From Octopus vulgaris (Eukaryota), in the NCBI GenBank assembly GCA_951406725.2, contig OX597838.1, positions 20,770,001 to 20,834,000 on the forward strand: a stretch of 64,000 nucleotides of DNA. The letters run 5' to 3'. Each line of letters begins with the position of its first letter. Position 1 is the first letter of the stretch. Under the pieces are notes generated by a model. The model was not told the DNA's origin. It was given only the letters and a program-made list of their open reading frames with translations, and did no database searches. Shown here one piece after another: positions 25,429 to 37,751 of this stretch. The position numbers and the translations under genes are program-made.

Positions 25429-25790
25429 AGGTGCAGGAGTGGCTGTGTGGTAAGTAGCTTGCTTCCCAACCACATAGTTCCAGGTTCAGTCCTACTGCGT
25501 GGCACCTTGGGCAAGTGTCTTCTGCTATAGCCTCGAGTCGACCAAAGCCTTGTTAGTGGATTTCGTAGACGGAAACCGAAAGAAGCCGGTCATATATGTA
25601 TTTATGTGTCTGTGTTTGTACCCCCACCATCACTTGACAACCGATGTTGGTGTGTTTACATCTCCGTAACTTAGCGGTGTGGCGAAAGATATCAATAGAA
25701 TAAGTACTGGGCTTAAAATGAATAATTTGTTCGACTAAAGGTGTTGCTCCAGAATGGCCGCAGTCAGACTGAAACAGTTAAAAAAGTATA
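25429..25790 (+). mobile_element. tRNA-derived CORE-like SINE, family S2, with an internal microsatellite
   Basis: Head tggctgtgtggtaag...ggttcagtccc, CORE-like ccttgggcaagtg, internal (TA)(TG)n and tail gactgaaaca. More than 20 copies or fragments occur in the window. Confidence 0.85.
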
Positions 25791-26281
25791 TTAAAACAAC
25801 ACAAAACCAAAAACTATTTCCCCCCCCCCCCCCGTATTCTAACATACTTCTGAAATACTTCATCACTATAAGAGGCCTACAAAGGCATGCAAGTGGTATG
25901 AAAATGACCTATAAATAACAGATTATATTATTCATAACACATCTAACTTCAAGGTTAATGAGTTACAGGAAGTTTGGTACAATTTTACCTGAGACTGTTT
26001 TCAGTTGGAAGCTTAATTCATACAATTTTTTTTCTTTCTTGGCTTCTTTTTTTTTCTTACATGTTGTTGCTGTAGTATTTGCTGATTTTCTACATAGTGT
26101 TAGTGTTAAGGAAGCTTGGTCTTCTTTCTCATGTTACTTCCATTTCTTCACCTGCTGCTATTCGGAAAAAAATTGTTAGTATTTATATATTTATTAGTCT
26201 GTTTTTTTGAAACTAGGAAAATACTGTCTGTCTATAAGTATGATGCACTAAATAGTTACATAAATAAAAAAAAAAAATTGC

Positions 26282-26316
<35 letters not shown>

Positions 26317-26317
<1 letters not shown>

Positions 26318-26555
26318 GAGTGAGAGAGCAGTGCATGCCATCAAAGTGACACTGGGATAAAATATACAAAGCCCAGTATACCCATCATGACTACCCGTCT
26401 GATAAGGGTACACCAGGCACATGCATCACGACCATATGTGAGTGATATGATGATCTCATTTCAAGATAAACAGTGCATGACCTTGCAGGTTGGACCCAGT
26501 TAGAATTTTCTTCAGGTTGAGTAGCCTATCCCACTCAAAAGGTCCCTGAATAAGG

Positions 26556-26612
<57 letters not shown>

Positions 26613-27160
26613 GAGTGAGAGAGCAGTGCATGCCATTAAAGTGACACTGGGGTAAAATATACAAAGCCCAGTATACCCATCATGACTACCTGTCTGATAA
26701 GGCATATGCATCACAACCATATGTGCATGATATGGGGATCTCATATCAAGATAAACAGTGCATGACCTTGCAGGTGGGACCCAGTTAGAATTTTCTTCAG
26801 GTTGAGTATCCCATCCCACTCAAAAGGTCCCTGAATAAGGGTTGTTTAAGGCTGTTGAATGGAACATCCATGTTTCCAAAGGTGAATTATCCAAACACCA
26901 AATAATTCCTCTCAACACATGGCTATGATGCTCCCCCATAACTCCTGCTCATGATCAGAGATGCACATATCGTCAGTCACTAAAGGAGATATGCTCAACT
27001 GGTTAAGGTCAAACAACTGACAAGTAAATCTATGGTATTGAGCAGAATATTTGCTGTAGCCCATTTTTTATACCAAGACAAAACAATGTACATGATAATA
27101 CTTTCAATCAATTAAGATCAGAAGACATGAGAACCACTGCCTGGTATTGCATCAGGGCAA
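26317..27160. repeat. Unclassified interspersed repeat in (TTA)n with a 240-bp tandem duplication of one end
   Basis: 26317-26557 is repeated at 26612-26843; each copy is preceded by (TTA)n. Confidence 0.75.
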
Positions 27161-27572
27161 TTATTATTATTGCAATAATTATGCACCAACCCAATAATAA
27201 CAATAATAATAGCAATAATAATAATTATTATCTCCTTTCATGAGAATGTATGTGTATGTAAGAGGAAGGCAGCTAAAGAGGGAATGAGATTTTTGTTAAA
27301 GAGTTAGAGATATGGTAAGAGGTTTTCATTCATAATTTTTTATGAACAAGTCACTGAATTTGTAAACAAACTTTTATAGAACTGTGTGTGTGTGGTGTCT
27401 CCATGTGCATGTGTGGTAGCCTTTATCAATGTCATGTCTTTTTGCCTAAGTGTTATGTGTATATATATATGTATGTGTCTCTAAGGGCGTCTGTGTCTTT
27501 TCGTATCTGTGTGTGCTGTTTGTATGATGAATGACTTGTCTTTGTAACTAGGAGTTGCAAGTATGATTGTTT

Positions 27573-27609
<37 letters not shown>

Positions 27610-28480
27610 TTTGATGTGTGTATGTGGGTTCTTTTCATTTTCTTTGTCATCAGAAATGAAAAATTTTATGTAATGTGTTGGTATGATAATGAATAAAATA
27701 CTTTTGTTTTGTGGTTTCTAGGGATCAAATTCACTTGAAATTAAAATTTTTTCTGTGTGTACAATGGCTTGTGTCTATAGGCATATAGGTTGAAACATTT
27801 TATTGTGACAATGTGTAGTTTAGTCTAAAAATAAGGAACACATAATAACAAACAAAATTTGAATTTTAGTGAAATTGTAGTCAAAATTGTAGTTTCACGT
27901 AACTGGCACACATGCCGGTGGTACATAAAAAAGCACCCTTTGAACATTGGGCCTCACGGAGGCAATGATTAGTGATCAAAATCTTTGGCAATATGCTGTG
28001 CTGGCAAAGACCAGTCAAGCCAAGTGAAATTGTAGTCTTAGCTGATGCTGGTGTCAAGTATCTGATAACAGTGCTGGTGGTACATAAAAAGCACCCATTA
28101 CACTCTTGGAGTGGTTGGTGTTAGGGAGGGCATCCATCTGTAGAAACCATGCCAAGTCAGATTGGAACCTGGTGCAGCTCTCCAGCTTACAAGTTTCGGT
28201 CAAATCATCTAATCCATGCCATCATAGAAAGCAGATGCTGAATGGTGATGATGATGATAGATAGGCAGGATTGGTAGTGCTTTGCACAAAATGCCTTGCA
28301 ATATCAATCCTAGCTCTTTATGTTCTGAGTTCAAATCCCACCAATAGCCACTTTGCCTTTTATCTTCATGGAAACAATAAGAAACAAGATATCTTCCACC
28401 AAACCTTAGTCACAATTTATGTACCTAACACTAGCTTAATGATAACTAAATTATTTTACTAAATTCTTTGTTATATTTAA

Positions 28481-28699
28481 CCCTTTTGATATCAACCTGG
28501 CTAAAACCTCCTCTGGCTCTGTAGTACAAATGTCTTGTTTTCAAAAGTTCTGAACTAAAATCTACCACCAAATTTTAGTCAAAATTTATGTTCCTAATAC
28601 TAGCTTAATGATAACCAAGTTATTTTACTAAATTCTTTGTTATATTTAATGTAATTGAAAGAAACATAGTATCGCACCAGAAATATGGTAATGAAAGGA
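28481..28699. mobile_element. TTAA-flanked MITE, family B
   Basis: Same internal sequence as 37540-37751 and 54803-55022. Preceded by a partial copy at about 28388-28480. Confidence 0.75.
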
Positions 28700-29524
28700 T
28701 TAAGTATGGGTCGTGGTGATGTGGGATTTTGACTATACATGGTCAACAACATCAAGCAGAATTAGCAGTGTCAAAACAAATGAGTGGAAGCATGTTCCTT
28801 TCTGGCTAAAGCGTTAAACTTACGATCTTTAGGCTGGGTGTTCTATTCTTGGACCGAGAGGCTGGTTGTGTTCTTGAGCAAGGCACTTCTATTTCGCATT
28901 ATTCTAGTTCACTCAGTGGAATATGACTATCGGCAATGGCTGGATCAATCCTGTGACAGATTGGCATTCTTTACAGGGGTGTCATGCACTCTCGATGGCT
29001 GAACACAATAGGAACCCGGATAAGCTTCCTCCTAACAAGTCTGTAACATAAGGCAGACTTTAGACTAAATGACTCTGACAGCATTTAGTTACATCTATTT
29101 ACATTCCTAAGTTTAACTTTTTGACTGCGTAATTAAATTTCATGGTCATTGCCATTAATGGTGTTAATTAACTACCAAAAAATAGAATAGATATTTTCTG
29201 CTTCTGCAAAAAAACATATCTATTCTTGCAGAAGATACTTTTTCAGTATCTCCTGTAAATACAGTTTTCGTATCTACCACTAAAAGTATTTGATTCTTGC
29301 TCTGTAAAAGAGATATTAGCTGATGTGAAAAAAATTAAGAAAACCTAAAAAAAAAAATCATCTTTCAAAAAGAGTGGCACTCAGGGTATCTCTGCTTCCC
29401 ACACGAAAGTTCAGTCCCACTGCATGGCACCTTGGGCAAGTGTCTTCTACTATAGCCTCGGGCCGACCAAAGCCTCGTGAGTGGATTTGGTAGATGGAAA
29501 CTGAAAGAAATCCGTCGTATATAT

Positions 29525-29568
<44 letters not shown>

Positions 29569-30075
29569 ATGTTTGTGTTTCTGTGTTTGTCACCCCAACA
29601 TCGCTTGATAACCGATGCTGGTGTGTTTACATCCCCATAACTTAGCAGTTCGGCAAAAGAGACCGATAGAATAAGTACTAGGCTTACAAAGAATAAGTCC
29701 TGGGGTTGATTTGCTCGACTAAAGGCGGTGCTCCAGCATGGCCACAGTCACATGACTGAAACAAGTAAAAGAGTAACAGATGGGTCAAATGACAACCTTT
29801 TTCTTTTTTCTAAAGTTGTGGGGTAATACCACTTTCCATAGTTAACAGTATCAAAAATTTGAGCAGATTTATTTGCTTTCCATGTTCAAAGGGTTAGCCC
29901 TGTAGTGTTCAGAGTATTCTATCAAACATAATGCTTACTGATTCATGCATCATCTCATATCCTTGAGATTTAGATGATGTGATTGTTTAATGTAGAATAA
30001 CATTGTTGGTTAGGTGTGAGAGCCTGGATCTGGTCAGTTTGAACATGAAACAGATGGAATATTTTGACTAAATGC

Positions 30076-31090
30076 TTTTTTTTTTTTGTTGGCATCCTTT
30101 TGTCTCAGGAGACAATGGAGTTGGGCATAAACTAATCCAGTCTGGTTTTTACATTTCATGTCCTCTCCAGTTTTGTGCAGGCCTGGGCTAGATGTAAGAA
30201 TATCCTGGGTAGCCCAATCGTCAGGATTTCCTCTCTCGACCTTGCTGACGTAGTGCAAAGGAGTGCAGAGCATTACGTTTGGCACCGGCTTGGTTGCAGG
30301 AGCTGCCGGAAGAGTGTCGAGACGAACACTAAACTGCCTACAGGGCTCCACTCTGGATTTCTTTGAAGGTTGTCTCCTTCCCATAACCCTGGATAGGGGT
30401 CCATACCGGGTACTGTCAGCCAGAGCCAGCTGAGCCCGGTACTCATGTCACGCAGGGTCGTCACTCCTTGAAGTATTGAAGAAAATCGTTACCCACTACC
30501 TAAATTAGGGCTCCACTCTGGATTTCTTTGAAGGTTGTCTCCTTCCCGTAACCCTGGATAGGGGCCCATACTGGGTACTGTCAGCTGGAGCCAGCTGAGC
30601 CTGGGACTCGTGTCAGGTAGGGTCGTCACTCCCTGAAGTAGTGGAGAAAATCGCTACCCACTACCTAAATTAGGGCTCCACTCTGGATTTCTTTGAAGGT
30701 TGTCTCTTTCCCGTAACCCTGGATAGGGGCCCATACCAGGTACTGTCAGCTGGAGCCAGCTGAGCCTGGGACTCGTGTCAGGTAGGGTCGTCACTCCCTG
30801 AAGTAGTGGAGAAAATCGCTACCCACTACCTAAATTAGGGCTCCACTCTGGATTTCTTTGAAGGTTGTCTCTTTCCCGTAACCCTGGATAGGGGCCCATA
30901 CCAGGTACTGTCAGCTGGAGCCAGCTGAGCCTGGGACTCATGTCAGGCAGGGTCGTCACTCCCTGAAGTAGTGGAGAAAATCGCTACCCACTACCTAAAT
31001 TAGGGCTCCACCCTGGATTTCTTTGAAGGTTGTCTCCTTCCCATAACCCTGGATAGGGGCCCATACCGGAGCCAGCTGAGACCGGGACTG
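30076..31090 (+). mobile_element. RTE-LINE 5'UTR-like insertion inside a family-A MITE
   Basis: T12 followed by gttggcatcc...gtttggcaccggcttggttgcaggagctgccggaag...gggctccactctggattt, resembling RTE-clade 5' regions as I recall them. The MITE resumes at ggatatggctgg. Confidence 0.55.
30342..31090. repeat. 165-bp tandem repeat, about 4.5 copies
   Basis: Units start at 30342, 30507, 30672, 30837 and 31002; copies 2-4 are nearly identical. Confidence 0.95.
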
Positions 31091-32059
31091 GATATGGCTG
31101 GTTTAAATGCTAGAGGGTTAAACATTGTTGAGGTTGACTTAACCATTAATTTTTCTGGTGGCGGTAAACCCAATATAAATTGAGAGAGTGGATCAGCTAA
31201 ATACTCCTCTTGCAGCTTCTAAACGTGTGTTTCTGTGTATTTCAATGTTAGAAATAGTGTTAATTACTCCAGTTCTGGTTTATTTTGCAGAAATAGCCAA
31301 GAACTTTGGTAAATTCAGTCAAGAGATAAGATAAAGAAATTAATAACTTGAGAAATTTCTTTGAAATTTACATTTATCTATATTTCATTTTTTTTATCTT
31401 GCACATTAGCAAATAAATACTTATGCGTAAATTAAATTAAAAACATTTTTTTTTCTTGTTTATATTTATCAAAACTTGGAAAATATCCTTTCTACATCTG
31501 TTATTAATAAGATGAATCTTTAAGTTTTGATATTGGCACTAGAACAGTTTCTCTCTCTCACTCTCTCTCCTTCTCCTTTCCCTGTCTCCCCCTCTCTCTC
31601 AGCTGCTGCAGCAGTGGAAGAAAAACAAATAAAATAAACTTATATTCCTACCTATCTGCATATTAGAGAGAGAAAGAGAATTACACAGGTTAGAGAGAGA
31701 GGGAAGGGACACACAGGTTAGAGAGAGGGAAGGGACACACAGGTTAGAGAGGTTAGAGAGAGAGAGAGAGAGAGAGAGAAGAGTACATAGGTTTGAGAGA
31801 GATTAAGTGCATAAGAAACAGATTTACAGACACAGTTTAGAGGAGGCAGACACGCACCTTTCTCTACCTTCTATGTCTGTCTCTCTCACATTCTGATACT
31901 GTGTGTGCATATGTAAGAGAGAGAGAGAATTTTTGGGTAACACAATATTGGCCTTAGCTAAGCTAATATATTTTGTGTGGAGATTCCTTTTTCGCCTTCA
32001 AGACTCAAGAGAAGGCCAAGTGTAACATGCTGTGGTTGTTAGCAGTTCTGTTGCCCAGT

Positions 32060-32456
32060 GCAGGAGTGGCTGTGTGGTAAGTAGCTTGCTAACCAACGAC
32101 ATGGTTCCGGGTTCAGTCCCACTGCATGGCATCTTGGGCAAGTGTCTTCTGCTATAGCCCCAGGCCGACCAATGCCTTGTGAGTGGATTTGGTAGACGGA
32201 AACTGAAAGAAGCCTGTCGTATATATGTATATATATATGTGTGTGTTTGTGTGTCTGTGTTTGTCCCCCTAGCATTGCTTGACAACCGATGCTGCTGTGT
32301 TTACGTCCCCGTCACTTAGCGGTTTGGCAAAAGAGACCGATAGAATAAGTACTGGGCTTACAAAGAATAAGTCCCGGGGTCGATTTGCTTGACTACAGGC
32401 AGTGCTCCAGCATGGCCGCAGTCAAATGACTGAAACAAGTAAAAGAGTAAAGAGTA
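32060..32456 (+). mobile_element. S2 SINE, nearly full length
   Basis: Complete head, internal microsatellite and tail. Confidence 0.9.
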
Positions 32457-32565
32457 GTGCACTTCAGTAGTAACCCATTAAATAGGTTGGCAAGTCATGA
32501 GATATAGTAAATCAATCATCAGTACATAACTGGTACTTTAGTTTACTGATTGTGAATGAGTGTGT

Positions 32566-33145
32566 AAGGCGGCGAGCTGGCAGAAACGTTAGCACGCCAG
32601 GCGAATTGCTTAGCGGTATTTTGTCTGCCGCTACGTTCTGAGTTCAAATTCCGCCGAGGTCGACTTTGCCTTTCATCCTTTCGGGGTCGATAAATTAAGT
32701 ACCAGTTACGTACTGGGGTCGATATAATCAACTTAATCTGTCGTCTGTCCTTGTTTGTCTCCTCTGTGTTTAGCCCTTTGTGGGTAGTAAAGAAATAGGT
32801 ATTTCATCTGTCTTTGCATTCTGAGTTCAAATTCCGCCAAGGTCGACTTAGCCTTTCATCCTTTCGGGGTCGATAAATTAAGTACCAGTTACGTACTGGG
32901 GTCGATATAATCAACTTAATCTGTCGTCTGTCCTTGTTTGTCTCCTCTGTGTTTAGCCCTTTGTGGGTAGTAAAGAAATAGGTATTTCATCTGTCTTTGC
33001 ATTCTGAGTTCAAATTCCGCCAAGGTCGACTTAGCCTTTCATCCTTTTGGGGTTGATAAATTAAGTACCAGTTACGTACTGGGGTCGATCTAATTGACTG
33101 TCCCCCCTCCCACAAAATTTCAGGCCTTGTGCCTAGAGTAGAAAA
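32566..33145 (+). mobile_element. Trimeric S3 SINE (183-bp period) with an 18-bp TSD
   Basis: ttctgagttcaaattcc at 32636, 32819 and 33002; gattgtgaatgagtgtgt at 32548-32565 and 33146-33163. Confidence 0.9.
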
Positions 33146-33870
33146 GATTGTGAATGAGTGTGTGCACACATGTAACAAAATCGTTTACTTAACATGCATG
33201 TACACATACTGTTCACACACACAACACACAATTCATAGTCTTTCTTTGAAAAATCTTGCCCAGGCCTGTACATACAACTCTAAATAACACACAAAGCTGT
33301 TAAATTCACTTGAAATTTATTTCACAAGGAGTCAAAAATATCCACCACACAGCTGCAACTTGGTCACTGACATAGTTCCATTGCAACTGTTGCTGCGAAA
33401 CCGTCAGGAACAAGGTCTCAATTATGCACTGAAAATTTCTGCACCTCATCAAATAATTTAAATGGAAACCGAATTTAACCCTTTCTCTGTGAAACAAAAT
33501 TTCATAGTTATTCCAGTAATGATGCTAAATATCTAACAAAAAAGGAGAATTGGTATTTTCTGCAAGTCATGCCGCCTCAGTAAACTTTACATATCTCAAC
33601 AGAAAATAGTTTCAAAATGACATTCCTTAACAAAAGATGGATTGGTATATAAAAACGGCATTCTGCAGTTTAGGATAATTAAATTTTGAATGGATATATC
33701 TGCTTCCTGCAGTAAAAAGGTTAATAGCTTTGAATGTTGTTAAATGTTATCAATTCCTTTGGTACCAATGTACCTGAGACTGCTCTTGGTTCTATGATAG
33801 AGGCACCCTGTTTTGAAGTGGTCTATACTAAAACCTTCCATCAAAGTTCCACATTAATTTATGTTCCAAA

Positions 33871-34033
33871 TAGGCGTAGGAGTGGCTGTGTGGTAAGTAG
33901 CTTGCTTATGAACCACATGGTTCCGGGTTCAGTCCCACTGCGTGGCACCTACTATAGCGTCTTCTACTATAGCCTCGGGCCGACCAGAGCCTTGTGAGTG
34001 GATTTGGTAGATGGAAACTGAAAGATGCCCGTC

Positions 34034-34093
<60 letters not shown>

Positions 34094-34312
34094 GTGTGTG
34101 TATATGTTTGTGTGTCTGTGTTTGTCCCCCCAACATCGCTTGACAACCGATGCTGGTGTGTTTACATCCCTGTAACTTAGCGGTTCGGCAAAAGAGACCG
34201 ATATAATAAGTACTAGGCTTACAAAGAATAAGTCCTGAGGTTGATTTGCTTGACTAAAGGTGGTGCTCCAGCATGGCCACAGTCACATGACTGAAACAAG
34301 TAAAAGAGTAAA
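33871..34312 (+). mobile_element. S2 SINE, full length
   Basis: aggcgtaggagtggctgtgtgg head through to the gtaaaagagtaaaaga tail. Confidence 0.9.
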
Positions 34313-35738
34313 AGATGGGTCAAATGACAACCTCATCACACTGACATGATGCTGCCACTGTTTGTCTTTTGTATCATTTCTACCACTGGAAGTGCTGTGA
34401 TGAACTTTTCCCCTTAGTTCCAGATCCCTTTGTCCCATCTTGCCGGACTCAAAACTCACAGCGTCTTCATTCAGATGCTGTCGTGCCTCCATAAATAAGG
34501 AAATCTTTCTATGGTTGTAGCTTTTTGCCTCGAACTTTCAGACTTTGGAATTCTCTTCAATCTCATTGTTTTTCTCCTTTTCATGACCTGAACTTTTTCA
34601 AATTGAAAGTAAATTCATTGCTTTCATTTTAACTTCCTCTTCTCCATAATCTGTTATACTTAGTAACTTTTTGCCTTGTTTCGGACTTTGAAAAAAAAAA
34701 ATGATAGAAAAGAAAAAAAAAAAGTAAAAACAGCTCTTCCATGATTAAGTTGCTTTAGTTCCAGCACACAGCACTCGGATCATCTCTTGCTATTTATTGC
34801 TAGACAAGTTCAAATCAGAAATGTTTATAAATTTTGTAAACTTTGTATTATTAACAAGACTTGTGTCATAAAAGAATTTTATTCTGAAAAAGTGTCACCA
34901 AGGAGAAAAGTTTAGAAAGGTCTACACAAACCTTTTGGCAAGATATCCGCTTTCCTCTAAATGGAAGAAAAAAAAAAATTCCAATTTTAAATTCAGGATG
35001 TTTGTATGTTGTCTAGAAGACTTCTTCAGGATGTTGGTATTGTTTTGTTTATATTTCCATGTTCTCAGAAACTGCAAGGCCATTTTTATTTTTCTGCTGA
35101 AGGGAGTGGAAAATAAGTGTTTGCAGGCATGAAGAATTGCTGCATATTGCACTCAATGACAAGGAATAACAGTCGAGAGAGAGATGGATGGATGATGGTG
35201 TGGTCGTTTTGATACTATGAATGGGTGTTAAATACCAGGATATGGTCTTGAGAGAACGGAAAGGAATGAGAACAGGACCTTGGTTGAGATTTTTTTCATT
35301 AAAAACATAACATCATAACTATCCATTGGAGATAGAGAAAGGGTGGTGGTGGTAACCATTAAGTGAAATAATTAGGATGTTGAAAGCTGAGGAAACTGCA
35401 GAGCCTTTAGGGTATGATGGCAAAAATGTCAAAACTGGCTGGGGACAGGAAATAGCTAATTAATAATTGTACAAGATTATTTGCTGATAGGGTTATCTAT
35501 GAATGGCATGCCACCATCGTTGTCAACTATCTACTGCAGAGGTCAAGGACAGCATACACTGGACAGCTGGGATAATGAGAGATCTGTCTACATAGAGAAG
35601 GTAAAGATGTTGGGTAGTCCTTGGGCAGCTCTGATAGAAAAGATATATAATCGAATGCATTCTTGTTGAGACCATCATTCTCTCTTTATTTAGACATGAT
35701 AAATCTAAAACATCCAAGATACCCCTACCTCTTTTTAA

Positions 35739-36357
35739 CCCTTTAGCATTTAACCCTCTCGTTACTGTATTTAGTTTGAGATGCTCTGTGTTTCTTTCAA
35801 TTACTTATAATTTCAATTCATCATCATCATCATCGTTTAGCGTCTGCTTTCCATGCTGGCATGGGTTGGACGGTGCAACTGGGGTCTGGGAAGCCAGATG
35901 GCTGCACCAGGCCCAGTCTGATCTGGCAATGTTTCTACGGCTGGATAATAATATTCAATTCAATTCAATATATAATTTCAATTCAAATTAAATTCAATAT
36001 AACAAAGAATTTAGTAAAATAACTTAGTTATCATTAAGCTAGTGTTAGGAACATAAATTGGTGGAAAATTTTAATCCAAAACTTATGAATACAAAACATT
36101 AGTACTCGGAGCCAGAGTTGGTTTCAGCCGGGTTGGTAACGAAAGGGTTAAACCAGCCATATCCAGCCCAAATATTCTTCTTGTTTTCTGTTCAAACTAG
36201 CGAGATTTGATCTTTCACCACCTACCTTACAATGTTTTTCTGAAAATAAACAACCATATCATCAAAATCTCGAAGCTATGAGATGATACATGATAAATTC
36301 AAAACAATGCGAATAAGTAAGCATTATGTTTGACAAAGTAACCTGAGTGCTGAAGGG
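35739..36357. mobile_element. Triple nest: MITE A > MITE B (35754-36147) > S4 fragment (35819-35946)
   Basis: The inner MITE sits in a duplicated TTAA within the terminus of the outer MITE. Confidence 0.85.
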
Positions 36358-36877
36358 TTAAAGATAGGGGCATTTGGTTTGAGGGATTTAGTTGCTGTTT
36401 TGGCAGTTTGAATGACCCCACGAAGACTTCCTTGTTGATCTTTTGCTATTGTTGGTATTATTGTTTTTTATTTTGTTCTGAGAAATTAGGCAGGTGTATC
36501 TTTTATTTATTTCATTCATTTGACTGTGGCCATGCTGGGGCTCTGCCTTGAAGGGTTTTAGTCCGACAAATCAACCCCCAAGCTATTTTTTTTGTTAAGC
36601 CTGGTACTTATTCTATCAATCTCTTACGCTGAATTGCTAAGTTACAGGGATGTAAACACACCAACACCAATTGTCAATTGGTGGTGGGGGACGAACACAG
36701 ACACTGATGTATACACATTCATATACATATATACATGCAATGGGCTTTTTTCAGTTTTCATCTATCAAATCCACTCACAAGGCTTTGGTCAGCCCGAGGC
36801 TATAGTAGATGACACTTGCCCAAGGTGCCATGCAATGACTCTGTGTGTATGCAAAAGGGAGGTCTGTGAATGTTCCT

Positions 36878-36913
<36 letters not shown>

Positions 36914-37539
36914 AATGGAAGTGGGATGGTGAGCATTCAATGCTGAAAAGAAAAATCAAACAGTGTTTCAACTCTGTGAATATGTGTGTGCATGTACAAA
37001 GGAAATATGTGAATATTTGTATATGAACCAGCATTCTTTCAGTAACAAATGATGCTCGATGTCACATCTGTAAAGACAACCACTAGATAACATTGACAAG
37101 TGTATAAATTTGATTTGCCATCCATATTTATAAATAAAATACTGAAATTTTTGATGGCACGGGGCCAGCTGCTATAATATAATCCTTAATATAATGAGGC
37201 TACACTAAGTGTATCTAGTGTTTGTAACTGAAACTCTGCTAATCCTTCCTTTAGCCATCCATCACACTCTCCCTCAGTAACTCAAATCTCACACTGATGC
37301 TAATCACTTCTCAGAAAGAATGAAATAGAGAACGGAGGAAAGAGTTTTCTTGTAAATGTGAATATCTTCCGGTCAGTTGCTATGTCACTGCCCAGCAATA
37401 CTTTTCCCCTCTTGTAAAAGTGACATCAGTGTCGGCCTGTCTCGGTGTTAAACAGAGATTCTTCTACACAGTTATTTGATATGCTGAAAATAGTAGTCAT
37501 ATCTCAACCTTGTTTGCTAGAATAGAAAACAGACATTAA

Positions 37540-37751
37540 CCCTTTTGTTACTGTATTTATTTCTGTGTTTCTTTTAATTACTTTAAATATAACAAAGAAT
37601 TTAGTAAAATAACTTAGTTATCATTAAACTAGTGTTAGGAATATAAATTGTGACTAAAGTTTGGTGATATATTCTAATGCAAAACTTATGAAAACAAGAC
37701 ATTTGTACTACAGAGCCAGAGCCAGTTTTGGCCGGGTTGGTAACAAAAGGG
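37540..37751. mobile_element. TTAA-flanked MITE, family B
   Basis: TTAA|CCCTTTTGTTAC...GTAACAAAAGGG|TTAA with perfect 12-bp TIRs. Confidence 0.88.
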
